From an uncultured Pseudomonadota bacterium (GTDB lineage Bacteria; Myxococcota_A; Polyangia; Fen-1088), in the NCBI GenBank assembly GCA_963847705.1, contig CAWKBC010000008.1:32001-96000 (forward strand): a stretch of DNA of 64,000 bases, written 5' to 3'. Position numbers and translations under genes: made by a program. A model generated the notes under the pieces. The model did no database searches. It worked only from the letters and a program-made list of their open reading frames with translations, and was not told where the DNA came from. Shown here in pieces: positions 1 through 9,627 of the stretch (position 1 is the first letter of the stretch; the number at the start of each line of letters is the position of its first letter).

Positions 1-403
1 CCTGGAAGACGATCTCGATCCGGTCACGCCCGAGGAGCGCGCTGTCGGCGACGAACGTCGACCGATACTCCCAGTCGGTGTGCTCGATCCACTGCAGCGC
101 CTTTTCGTTGGTCCCGCTGAACGGATCGGGGATCTTCCCGGCCCGCAGGAGATCCGTGTGGACGCACCCCGGAACCTCGGCCGGGATCCAGACGCCGAAC
201 CCGGGCGGGCCGTTCACCGCCCGCAACGACCAGGGACCGAAGTCGATCGCTTGCCCGAGCTCCATCTGCGGCAGGGTCTCACGCGCTCGGGCCGGCGAGG
301 CTTCGGGTCGGCGCGCCGGCGCGGCGATCGACAGGGCGACCGCCGCGAAGAGCGCCAGCGCTACGGCTTGTCGATGACGATCGGGATGTTGAAGTCTTGC
401 CAC
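1..403 (-). CDS. GH2 beta-mannosidase-like glycoside hydrolase, N-terminal part (runs off the left edge)
   Basis: Not in the ORF track. Manual minus-strand translation from GTG 403 gives a signal-like segment (VALALFAAVALSIAAP), then WIPAEVPGCVHTDLLRAGKIPDPFSGTNEKALQWIEHTDWEYRSTF..RIEIVFQ, typical of the GH2 mannosidase N-terminal domain. The start codon is uncertain. Confidence 0.8.
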   Translation of the reverse strand, partial: MARLQHPDRHRQAVALALFAAVALSIAAPARRPEASPARARETLPQMELGQAIDFGPWSLRAVNGPPGFGVWIPAEVPGCVHTDLLRAGKIPDPFSGTNEKALQWIEHTDWEYRSTFVADSALLGRDRIEIVFQ

Positions 404-2293
404 GCGGGGGTGGTGTTCAAGCGATTGGCCGGCTGGTTGTAGAGATAGATCGCCGGATAGGTGCTGTACCCGACCTCATTCTTGACGATGGCCGTGATGT
501 AGAGCTGCGAGACGTAAACGGTGTTCGTCATGTTGCCGTTCGTGACCGTCAGCTGCTGCGGGTTGTACCGGTTCGAGGAGAAGATCAGCCAGTAGTAGCT
601 CTTGTTGTTGGCGTTGCCGATGGTTGGAGACCACTTGGCCCAGTGGTTGTTGATACCGGGGCTCGACAGGCCGGTGCACTTCGGCGGGTCGTTGGCGTTG
701 AGGCGAATCGCCTGGGCACCCGCCAGACCGGAGGGTGTCGCAAACGGAGTCACGTAAAGCTCGGCGATCTTGTTGGCGTACATGACCTGGCCCGCCTGGA
801 CGGCCGTGAACGCCAGCATCGAGTCATCCGGCGCGAAGGAGGGATAGTACTCCTCGATCGACGACGAGGATCCACCCGGCACCGGCGTGGCAGCTCCGCC
901 GGCCTTGTTGTTGTACTGAACCGAGTAGAGGTCGGTGTGCCCCACGTTGAGACGCCCGTCCTCGTCGCCCGGCGTGCAGCTTTGCCCCGAGCACCCGCCC
1001 GGCGTCGAGGAGTAGACGATCGTGGTGCCGTCGTTGCTCCAGGTCGGGAAGGCGACGCCGCCGAGATCTCCCGTGTGCTGGATGTAATCGAAGGCAGTCC
1101 CGCGGGTGGGGAACGGCTGCCCGTTGTTCGTCGTGACCGCCGAGGACTCCGTGTCGACCCAGACGAGGTTGCCTGGTTGATAGTCGTCCGTGGTCCAGGG
1201 CATCGTGAGAATCGCTGGCCGGGATCTGCGCGGCCACGATGGCGATCTGGTCGCCCGTCGACCAGTGGGCCTGGGAGAAGGTCATGCCGCCCATCCAGGG
1301 GTACTGGACGAAGGTGCGCGAGCCGGTGCAGGTGTTCCAGTTCGTGCAGCTCGCCCCCGGATAGGTGGGGATGGCCTGCCCCTTGGTGCTTGCCTGGATG
1401 TTGGCGAACGCGCCACCCCAAGGCCAAGCGTCGACGAACCCGACGTAGTTTCCGTCCGGCGTTCCCACGTGGCAGCCAATGCAGTGGGACTGCTGGGTGT
1501 TGCCATTCTGAGTGGCGACCTGCTGCTGCACGTCGGTGATCGCGAGCGCCGGTGTCCCACTCGATTGAAAGAGCGTCGAGTCGTCACCGACGGTGAACCC
1601 GTCGAGAAATGAATCGTTCTTGATGGTGGCGACGTTGGTGATGTTGGACAGATCCTTGCCTACTGCCATCGGATCCATCGACCAGAACACCATGCTGCCG
1701 CCAGCGCCGACCGGGGCGATCTGAAAGCTGGCGCTGGTCGCGCCACCATTGGGGGTCTGAACCGTGACGGTGATGTCCTGCTCGTTGATGTGGGCGGCCA
1801 GGTTCTGCCAGATCGGCTTCGGCAGCGCCCAGCTGTCGCCCTGCGCGTACGCCACGAGGTCCGTCGACTCCATGTCGGCGTGGAAGGTGATCTTGAGGTA
1901 ACCGGTGTTGCCCGGAACGTGCACGCGCGGCGGCAGCCAGTTGTTGGGGAACAGGGAGCCATCCTCGGGCTCGGTGACGCAGGGACCGGAGCCGCTCGGG
2001 CTCCCGAACATGCCGCCCACGTCGGTGGGGACGTTCACCTGAAAGATCGGGTTCGGGTTGCTGGCCGTCGGCTCGAAGTCGGTGCACTGGCCGTTGCAGC
2101 CGCTCGGCGTGATGACGGTGGTGCCGCCACCGCCGGTGGAGCCGCCGTTGCCGGTCCCTATGGAGCCGCCCTTGGCGGAGCTTCCACCGGTGCCGTTCGA
2201 GGCAATCGGCTTCACCCCGGCGCAACCGGCGCCCGCCAACAGGGCGGCCAACGCCGCGACCTCAGTGATCCTCGCATAAGCTCTTGTGCTCAC
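361..2293 (-). pseudogene. Lipoprotein with TolB/PD40-like C-terminal beta-propeller; one frameshift near 1210 (real or sequencing error)
   Basis: ORF 824..2293 (lipobox LAGAGC, Gly/Thr linker, EPEDGSLFPNNWLPPR) and ORF 361..1203 (FPTWSNDG, YYPSFAPDD, WAKWSP, WLIFSSNR) join in frame if one T is removed from GATTCTC, giving ...QIPASDLTMPWT... Confidence 0.75.
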
Positions 2294-2484
2294 GATCTAT
2301 CTCCCCGAAAAGCCTCGATTATATCTGGATTCGTCAAAGCTGCCATCCCCCAGGGTGCGCCCCGGTCTCTCCAAGTGCCTCGAAATGCCGGCCAGGTGTC
2401 ACCTAATGTGCGTGGGGAGCCGCCACTATCCGCCAAGAATGATCTCCTGACCCTGCGCCAACTTGACCCCACCAGACGAAGCTG

Positions 2485-4299
2485 GTGGACTTGAATGCGA
2501 AGATGACCGTTGGTACGCCCTCCGATCACCGCCAGGGCGGGCGGCTCTCCCAATCTCGGATGGACGACGCGGTCAGGCGCCTGGGGCGCTTTCAAATCAT
2601 CGGACGCCTCGCGACGGGCGGTATGGCGGAGGTCTATCTGGCGCTGTCGGGCGAGTTGCCCGGCTACCGCACCCTGCTGGTGGTGAAGCGGATCCTCCCC
2701 CACCTCGCCTCCAACCGGCAGTTCATCGGGATGTTCCTCGACGAGGCGCGGCTGGCGGCGCTGCTCGACCACCCGAACGTGGTGCGCATCATCGAGGTCG
2801 GCCACGACGGCGAGGAGTACTTCCTGGCCATGGAGCTGGTGCAGGGCAAGCCGCTCTCCGCGGTCCTGCGCAAGGCCACGCGCGAACGCCGCCCCCCCAG
2901 CCCGGCGCTGGCCGCCTACATCATCGCCCAGGCGGCCAGCGGGCTCGGCTACGCGCACGCGCTCACCGACGGTGACGGCCGGCCGCTCGGCGTCGTCCAC
3001 CGTGACGTCTCGCCGCAGAACGTGCTGCTCTCCTTCGAGGGGGCCGTGAAGCTGATCGACTTCGGCGTCGCGCGCGCCTTCGGCCGCGTCGCCCACACCA
3101 GCCCCGGAGGTCTCAAGGGGAAGATCGAATACATGTCGCCCGAGCAGGCCTCGGCCGAGGAGGTCGATCACCGGGCCGACGTTTTCGCGCTGGGGGTGGT
3201 GCTCTGGGAGGTGCTGACCGGCCGGCGGCTCTATCGCCGTGAGACCGAGCTGGCCACGATGCGCGCGATCCTGGACGATCCGATCCCGCGCCCGTCGGAG
3301 GTCGCCGACATCCCCCCCGAGCTGGACGCGGTGGTGATGCGCGCCCTGCGCAAGCGGCGCGACGCCCGCTTCGCCAGCGCCCACGAGATGGCGCAGGCGC
3401 TCGAACGCTTCGCCTTCAGCAACGAGGGGTTCAGCCCGCTGCAGGTGGCCAGCTACATGAAGGGGCTGTTCGCGGCGGAGTTTCTGCAATGGCGCAAGAC
3501 CGCCACCGCCGCCCTCGACATGGAGGTCGATCGCGGCGAGCGACGTCCCCGGATCGACACGCCCGGGGCGGAGCCGCCGACGCAGGGGCCGACGATGGCG
3601 TTGCGCCCCGGCCTGTCGACGTCGGGGGTGCGCGCGGCCAGCGAGGTGAAGAGCCAGACCGCGCGGAGCCGGGGGACCATCAGCCAGGCAGTCCAGACGA
3701 TGCCGTCTTCGCCCTCTTCCCCCACTTCGCCGTCGACGGTCGACCCGCGGAGCAACAAGCGGGATCGTCTCTGGGTCTACGGCGGCCTCATCGTGCTGGT
3801 GGCGATCACCGGGTACGGCGCCTGGATGTTGACGCGCGCGCAGGGCACGGGCGTCCCGCACGATCGCCCGCCGCCGCAGGCGGCACCGACGGCCATCTCT
3901 TCTCCGCTGACGCCGCCCGCCCCGGCCGCCACGCCGGCGCCAGCGACGACGGAGGCGGCGGCCCGGGGACCCGCTGCGGCCGCCCCGAGCCCGCAGACCG
4001 CGGCCGCAGCCCCTCGCCCGCAGACCACGGCCCCGGCCGCGGCCCCGAGCGCCCCGCCGGAAGACGCCACAACCGCCCCGGTGAACGCCACCCCCAGACC
4101 CGTCACCGCCCCCGCCGCCGCCACGCCGGGGGCGGCCCAGGCTCAGGAGGGAAAGGGCGCCGGGCACCCACATCCCAGGCGGCGCCGGGTGCGACACGAC
4201 GACGGGGCGGCCGCCTCGGGATCCAAGGACCCCGACGACAAGACGCCTCCCGCCGCGGCGGCCGATTCAGGGGACAAGAAACCCGACCCTTTCGAGTGA
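2485..4299 (+). CDS. Membrane-anchored Hanks-type Ser/Thr protein kinase
   Basis: LATGGMAEVY, VVKRI, HRDVSPQN, KLIDFGVA, GKIEYMSPEQ, DVFALG; one TM helix (LWVYGGLIVLVAITGYGAWML) and a Pro/Ala-rich tail. The true start may be ATG 2560. Confidence 0.95.
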   Translation: MDLNAKMTVGTPSDHRQGGRLSQSRMDDAVRRLGRFQIIGRLATGGMAEVYLALSGELPGYRTLLVVKRILPHLASNRQFIGMFLDEARLAALLDHPNVVRIIEVGHDGEEYFLAMELVQGKPLSAVLRKATRERRPPSPALAAYIIAQAASGLGYAHALTDGDGRPLGVVHRDVSPQNVLLSFEGAVKLIDFGVARAFGRVAHTSPGGLKGKIEYMSPEQASAEEVDHRADVFALGVVLWEVLTGRRLYRRETELATMRAILDDPIPRPSEVADIPPELDAVVMRALRKRRDARFASAHEMAQALERFAFSNEGFSPLQVASYMKGLFAAEFLQWRKTATAALDMEVDRGERRPRIDTPGAEPPTQGPTMALRPGLSTSGVRAASEVKSQTARSRGTISQAVQTMPSSPSSPTSPSTVDPRSNKRDRLWVYGGLIVLVAITGYGAWMLTRAQGTGVPHDRPPPQAAPTAISSPLTPPAPAATPAPATTEAAARGPAAAAPSPQTAAAAPRPQTTAPAAAPSAPPEDATTAPVNATPRPVTAPAAATPGAAQAQEGKGAGHPHPRRRRVRHDDGAAASGSKDPDDKTPPAAAADSGDKKPDPFE

Positions 4300-4345
4300 G
4301 TCATTTGACCGGTCGATTTCGGGCCGTGTAGACTTGAACTCTTAA

Positions 4346-4732
4346 ATGGCGGCGGTGCAGATTACTGGGATCAAGGATACGGAGTTCGAAGCCACGGCGG
4401 CGGCGGACGGCCAGGCGCTGGTGATGCGCCTCTCGGGAAACGCGGACCTGAGGGTCAACGCCCCTCTCGGCCCGTTCTTGGACTCCATCGATGACGAGGC
4501 CCGCCGCGAGCACATGGGAGAGGTGGTCGCGGACTTCCGCGAGCTGGTGTTCATGAACTCCTCCTGCCTCAAGGAGTTCGTTCGCTGGATTGCCCAGGTC
4601 GACGAGCGCACCGACGACCACTACCGCATCCGCTTCCTCAGCGACCCGGGCGCGCAGTGGCAATCGCGCAGCCTGCAGGCGCTGCGCGCCTTCGCTCCGA
4701 ACCTCGTCACGATCGAAATCGCGAAGTCGTAG
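4346..4732 (+). CDS. STAS-fold / SiaC-like phospho-acceptor protein
   Basis: 128 aa. The segment VVADFRELVFMNSSCLKEFVRWI resembles the STAS 'l.fmDSsg' and SiaC 'lyLNTSS' phosphorylation loops. Confidence 0.6.
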   Translation: MAAVQITGIKDTEFEATAAADGQALVMRLSGNADLRVNAPLGPFLDSIDDEARREHMGEVVADFRELVFMNSSCLKEFVRWIAQVDERTDDHYRIRFLSDPGAQWQSRSLQALRAFAPNLVTIEIAKS

Positions 4733-4788
4733 GGCGGCTCGCGCTCCTCCGATCCGGTGGGCGGCTCCGCTCGGCACTTCCGGCGGGG

Positions 4789-4898
4789 GCGGCGGGGGCA
4801 GGGGTGTCCCTCCACCGCTCGCGAGAAGGAATCCTCGGCCGCGAACGATCAGAGCGGCCTGCGAGCGAGCGGCGGAGGGACACCCCTGCCCCCGCCGC
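4789..4898. repeat. 34-bp-arm inverted repeat (REP/MITE-like palindrome) between convergent genes
   Basis: gcggcgggggcaggggtgtccctccaccgctcgc (4789-4822) pairs with gcgagcggcggagggacacccctgcccccgccgc (4865-4898), with 1 mismatch and a 42-bp spacer. Confidence 0.85.
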
Positions 4899-4963
4899 GC
4901 CTCTGGTCGAGCCTCGGCTCCGCTTCGCCGGGCCTCGCTCGGAGGGCGCACCGCTGGCTTCGA

Positions 4964-7900
4964 CTACATCGGCTCGGTGCCGTAGACGAGAGCGGTTCCG
5001 TTGCTGGTGGTGATGTACACGGTCACCTTGGTGGTCGCCAACAAGGTGTTCGAGCCGTTGTATGAGTAGTCGCCCGTCTGGGTGTAGTTGGAGTTGTCGT
5101 TCTTCCTCATGCCTACGCCGAACTCCATGTACTTCCCGGGGGCGATGCTGCCATCCGCAGCAACGAACGCGAGCTGCTCGTAATAGTCCGCTCCCGTGCG
5201 CGCCGGCGAAACCGCGGTGAACGAACCGGTGATGCCCGTGGCCGGCAGGCTCGTCTGCCCGCTGTTGTTCAGGAAGTAGGTGGGCGTGATGAAGGTCTGG
5301 GTCACGGTCCCCGTGTCGTCCCAGGTGTACCAGTAGCGAATCGTGAGCTGTGAGATCGGGACAGCCGTCGTTCCGTTGTTGGTGACCCTGACGTCATAGT
5401 AGAGGCCCTGGGTGACTGCTGGACTCCCGGCGTTGCTCAGCTGGACCGAGATGTTCACCGCCTGAATGCATGTCCCGCCCGCGCACATGTACGCTGCCGA
5501 GATGCAGTCGGAGTTGGCGGAGCAGGTCGCCAGGCAGGCGTTCGTGCCGCAGATGAACGGCGTGCAGGAGCTGGTCGCGGGGGTCACGCAGGATCCAGAC
5601 GCATTGCACGTGGATGTCGGGTGGTACGTCGACGTCGAGCAGCTCTGCGCGATGCACTGAGTTCCACTGGCGTACTTCTGACAGCCGCCGCTGCCGTCGC
5701 AGAAGCCGTTGGTCCCGCAGGTGGCCGCGGTCGCGTCGGTGCACTGGTTGAGCGGGTCCTGGCCCGCGGGGACCGCGATGCAAGTGCCGAGCGATCCGGC
5801 GATGGCGCAGGACGAGCAGTTGGCCGTGCAGGTCGTCGCGCAGCAGACGCCCTGCTGGCAGTGCGCGGCGGAGGCGACGCACTGGTTGTCGGCGGTGCAG
5901 GCCGCGCCCTGCGACAGCAGGCCGCAGCTCATCGTCGAGGTGTTGCAGGTGTTCGGTGAGGCGCAATCGGTGGTGGCCGCGCAGCTCGTCTTGCAGATGT
6001 TGTTCGTCGTGTCGCAGCCATAGGGCGCGCAGAGCGATGCGCTGACCGTCTTGCAGACGCCGGTGCCGTCGCAGGTGCGTGTCGGCGTGAACGTCGAGCC
6101 GCTGCAGCTCTGCGCGGCGCAGACCGTCCCCGAGGCGTAAAGGCGGCACTTGCCGCTGCCGTCGCAGCTCCCGTCGGTGCCGCAGGTGGCGGCGGTGGCG
6201 TCCGTGCAGGCGTTGAGCGGATCGGTCCCGGCGGGGATGTTGGTGCAGGTCCCCAGGGTGGCGGTCAACGCGCACGAGGAGCAGGTCCCCGAGCAGGTGG
6301 AGGCGCAGCAGACACCCTGCTGGCAGAGGCCGGAGGCGCAGGCCCCCGCCGCGGTGCAGGTATGGCCGAGCGGCGCCAGGGTGCAGGTGCCGCCGTTGCA
6401 GATGTTGGGCGCCGTGCAGTCACCGTCCACCGTGCAGGTGATCTTGCAGATGTTGTTGGTCGTGTCGCAGGCGTAAGCGCCACACGAGGTGCCGGTCGCC
6501 GCCGGGCACATCCCGGTCCCGTTGCAGACCGCCGCCGGTGCATAGGTCGAGCCGGTGCAGGTCGCCGCCGCGCACTGGGTGCCCGCCACGTACTTCTGAC
6601 AGGCGCCCGCGCCGTTGCAGAAGCCGTTGTTGCCGCAGCTGGTCGATCCCGCGTCGGTGCATTGCGCCAGCGGGTCCTGACCCGACGGCACGTTGGTGCA
6701 GGTCCCGATGCTGTTCGTCAGCGCGCACGACTGGCAGGTCCCCGAGCAGGCGGTGTTGCAGCAGTAGCCCTGCGCGCAGAAGTTGGAGTTGCAGTCGCTG
6801 TTGGCTGCGCAGGCGGAGCCGATCGGATACTTGCCGCAGCTCATCGCGGTACAGACATTGGGCGACGTGCAGTCGGTGTTGGCGCCGCAGGTCCCGAGAC
6901 AGGCGGTCGCACCACAGACGTAGGGGGCGCAGGACGACGGCGTGCCCGCGACGCACTTCCCGGCGCCGTCGCAGCGGCTGGAGGCGGTCAGCGTCGATCC
7001 CGCGCAGCTCTGCGCCAGGCAGACGGTTCCGCTCGAGTAGAGCTGGCACTTCCCCGCGCCGTCGCAGGACCCGTTGGTCCCGCAGGTGGTGGCGCCCGCA
7101 TCCGTGCACTGGTTGAGCGGGTCGGTCCCCACGGGAACGTTGGTGCACGTCCCGGCGGTCGCGGCGCTCAGGTTGCACGACTGGCAGGTCGCCTCGCAGC
7201 CGGTGTTGCAGCAGACGCCCTGCTCGCAATAACCCGAGCCGCACTCCGTCGCCGCGCCGCAGGTGGTGCCGTTGACCTTCTTGCCGCAGATCGTCCCGTT
7301 GCAGACGAAGCCGGCCGCACAGTCCGCAGTCGTTCCGCAGCTGGTCTTGCAGTCACCGTTGGTGCCGCAGATGTAGGGAGAGCAGGCGGACAGACCACCC
7401 GCGACGCAGGTCCCCTTGCCGTCGCAACGTCCCCCCGCCGTCTCGGTGCCTGCGGTGCAGACGTCGGCTCCGCAGGAGGTGCCGGAGGGGTAGTTCTGGC
7501 AGGCGCCGGCGCCGTCGCAGAACCCGTTCGTGAGGCAGCTGGGGGCACCCTGATCGGCGCACTGGCCGAGGGGATCCTGGCCGACCGGCACCGCGATGCA
7601 GGTCCCCTGGTTCTTGGCGACCGCGCACGACATGCAGGTTCCGGTGCAGGTCGTCGAGCAGCAGACCCCCTGCGCGCAGTGGGTCGACATGCAGTCGCTG
7701 TCGGCGGCGCAGCTGGCGCCCGGCGGCTTGAGCCCGCAGCTGCCGTTGTTGCAGCTGTTGCCGACGGAGCAGTCGGCGTCGGCCGTGCAGACCGTCTTGC
7801 ACGAGCCGACGTTGGCGCCGGTGGTGTTGCAAACGTAGGGGGCGCAGGACTGGCTCGGCTTCACGTTGCAGGTCCCGAGGCCGTCGCAGCGCCCCGCGAA

Positions 7901-8425
7901 GGTGAGCATCGAACCGCTGCAGCCGGCGGTCTGGCAGGCGACGCCCGCCACGTACTTTTCGCAGGCGCCCGTGCCGTCGCAGTTCCCGTCCGTGCCGCAG
8001 CTGGCGACCCCCTGGTCGACGCACTCGTTCCGCGGATCGGTGCCGACGTCGGCCGGGATACAGGTGCCGACGTTCCCCACGCTGGCGCAGGTCTCGCAGG
8101 TCCCCGTGCAGGCGCTCTTGCAGCAGACGCCGTCGGCGCAGAAGGTCGACGCGCAGTCGGACCCCGTCTGGCAGGCCTGTCCAAGCTGCGCCTTGGGTGT
8201 CGTCGGACCATCGGCCGTCCCCCCCGAATCGGTTCCCGGCGTGACCACGCCCATGTCCTTGTTGGTCCCCCCGCCGTCGGGGTGCGTCTGGTTTCCGGTG
8301 CCGCCGCCGCTGCAGCTCGCGACGGACAGGGCGATGATCGCCGCCAAGAGCGGTGCAGCGACCGACGCCGCGATGGAGCAAGACCGGAGCGCGCGCACCC
8401 TAGGCTGGGGGAAACCTATGGTCAT
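4964..8425 (-). CDS. Large Cys-rich repeat lipoprotein with C-terminal CBM3-type cellulose-binding module
   Basis: Lipobox-like SVASC; six ~150-aa Cys-rich repeats (C..GVCC...C.G.C..C...GTC...P.G.DP...C.D). The C-terminus VTNNGTTAVPISQLTIRYWYT..GADYY..DYSY..KVTVY..LVYGTEP carries CBM3 signatures. Confidence 0.85.
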   Translation of the reverse strand: MTIGFPQPRVRALRSCSIAASVAAPLLAAIIALSVASCSGGGTGNQTHPDGGGTNKDMGVVTPGTDSGGTADGPTTPKAQLGQACQTGSDCASTFCADGVCCKSACTGTCETCASVGNVGTCIPADVGTDPRNECVDQGVASCGTDGNCDGTGACEKYVAGVACQTAGCSGSMLTFAGRCDGLGTCNVKPSQSCAPYVCNTTGANVGSCKTVCTADADCSVGNSCNNGSCGLKPPGASCAADSDCMSTHCAQGVCCSTTCTGTCMSCAVAKNQGTCIAVPVGQDPLGQCADQGAPSCLTNGFCDGAGACQNYPSGTSCGADVCTAGTETAGGRCDGKGTCVAGGLSACSPYICGTNGDCKTSCGTTADCAAGFVCNGTICGKKVNGTTCGAATECGSGYCEQGVCCNTGCEATCQSCNLSAATAGTCTNVPVGTDPLNQCTDAGATTCGTNGSCDGAGKCQLYSSGTVCLAQSCAGSTLTASSRCDGAGKCVAGTPSSCAPYVCGATACLGTCGANTDCTSPNVCTAMSCGKYPIGSACAANSDCNSNFCAQGYCCNTACSGTCQSCALTNSIGTCTNVPSGQDPLAQCTDAGSTSCGNNGFCNGAGACQKYVAGTQCAAATCTGSTYAPAAVCNGTGMCPAATGTSCGAYACDTTNNICKITCTVDGDCTAPNICNGGTCTLAPLGHTCTAAGACASGLCQQGVCCASTCSGTCSSCALTATLGTCTNIPAGTDPLNACTDATAATCGTDGSCDGSGKCRLYASGTVCAAQSCSGSTFTPTRTCDGTGVCKTVSASLCAPYGCDTTNNICKTSCAATTDCASPNTCNTSTMSCGLLSQGAACTADNQCVASAAHCQQGVCCATTCTANCSSCAIAGSLGTCIAVPAGQDPLNQCTDATAATCGTNGFCDGSGGCQKYASGTQCIAQSCSTSTYHPTSTCNASGSCVTPATSSCTPFICGTNACLATCSANSDCISAAYMCAGGTCIQAVNISVQLSNAGSPAVTQGLYYDVRVTNNGTTAVPISQLTIRYWYTWDDTGTVTQTFITPTYFLNNSGQTSLPATGITGSFTAVSPARTGADYYEQLAFVAADGSIAPGKYMEFGVGMRKNDNSNYTQTGDYSYNGSNTLLATTKVTVYITTSNGTALVYGTEPM

Positions 8426-8592
8426 TGAGCGGGCCTTTCTGACTAAGAAGAGCAGGCGAAACAGGTCGGCGTGGGTCGGTGTCTGGAAAGGGGCGACTTC
8501 AACGCCCAGATCCGGAAATCATCTTACGCGTGCTCGCAAATCGAATCTACGATCACCTTTAAAAGCGCCCTGCGGGGCATTACGCTCGGGGC

Positions 8593-9096
8593 ATGAAGAT
8601 CGCGCGCGGACGCAGCGTCGAGCTCTCCTACGAGCTCAGAGTCAAAGGCGGGTCGGTGATCGAGTCGTCGACGCGCAGCGGGCCACTGCGTTACGTGCAC
8701 GGCGATGGCAAGATGTTGCCGGGCCTGGAGAAACGGCTGGAGGGGCTTCAGCCGGGCGACGAACGGAAGGGCGAGATTCCGGCGGCCGAGGCGTTCGGGA
8801 CCGAGGCATCCCTGCCCGTGAGGGAGATGGCGCGGAGCGTCTTTCCAAAGGGTCTCAAGGTCGAGCCGGGTGCCGTTTTCGAGGCCAAGGATCCCGCCTC
8901 CGGCGCGCCGGTGCAGTTCAAGATTCTCTCCGCCACCGACACGGTCGCCAACGTACGCTTGATGCATCCGCTGGTGGGCCGCGACATCGAGTACCAGGTC
9001 ACCGTCCTGGCGGTGCGAGATCCCAGCACGGCGAGCGGCCCACCCCCCATCCCGGGCATCGTCGAGCTCGACCCTGACGAGTTGAACGAGAGCTGA
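8593..9096 (+). CDS. slyD: FKBP-type peptidyl-prolyl isomerase, SlyD family (no His-rich tail)
   Basis: V.LSYEL, PLRYVHGDGKMLPGLEKRLEG, EAFG, HPLVGRDIEYQVTVLAVRD. TACGCT -10-like box 6 nt before the ATG. Confidence 0.85.
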   Translation: MKIARGRSVELSYELRVKGGSVIESSTRSGPLRYVHGDGKMLPGLEKRLEGLQPGDERKGEIPAAEAFGTEASLPVREMARSVFPKGLKVEPGAVFEAKDPASGAPVQFKILSATDTVANVRLMHPLVGRDIEYQVTVLAVRDPSTASGPPPIPGIVELDPDELNES

Positions 9097-9260
9097 GACC
9101 GACGGTCCGGCGCGCCCCCCGGCGTAACCGGGGAAACGTCCCGGTCCGGTTGAGATTGTCCCCCTCCCCCTGTCGCGCGGGCCGGACCGTGCACAGCTTT
9201 GTCGTTAGGAAACGTTCAGGTCAGCGACGCGGGCGAGGTTCCGCGAGGAAGGAAATCGTC

Positions 9261-9581
9261 ATGGCGAGCAATGAAAAAGGGGAGAGCCGCGGGCGTGGCT
9301 TCGCGGGTATGGATAGAGAGCGTCAGCGCCAGATCTCGTCGCAGGGGGGCAAGGCGGCCCATCAGAAGGGGACCGCGCACGAGTTCGACTCCGAGGAGGC
9401 CCGGGAGGCGGGGCGCAAGGGGGGGATGGTGAGCGGCGGTCGGCGGCGCGCCCGCGAGGCAGGTACGCCCAATCCGGTGGTCACCGAGCGGGAGACCGAG
9501 GCCGACAGCGAGAGCGAGCGCGAATCCAGGTCGCTGACCGGCGGCGAGGGATCGAACGCGCCGGCTGGTCACGGCGCGTAA
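9261..9581 (+). CDS. KGG-repeat general stress protein (YciG/Con-10/GsiB-like)
   Basis: RGFAGMDRERQRQISSQGGKAAHQKGTAHEFDSEEAREAGRKGG; RBS gaggaagga before ATG 9261. Confidence 0.9.
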   Translation: MASNEKGESRGRGFAGMDRERQRQISSQGGKAAHQKGTAHEFDSEEAREAGRKGGMVSGGRRRAREAGTPNPVVTERETEADSESERESRSLTGGEGSNAPAGHGA

Positions 9582-9627
9582 AGCGCGTAAAGAGGGAAGC
9601 GTCGAAGACGCTGGTAGACTGGCCGGA

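Noticed and set aside
78-442. Plus-strand ORFs at the window start
   Set aside because: The minus strand encodes a recognisable GH2 N-terminus here.
1203-1216. Programmed ribosomal frameshift (also near 41950)
   Set aside because: No slippery heptamer or clear stimulatory structure. A single-base insertion explains both sites.
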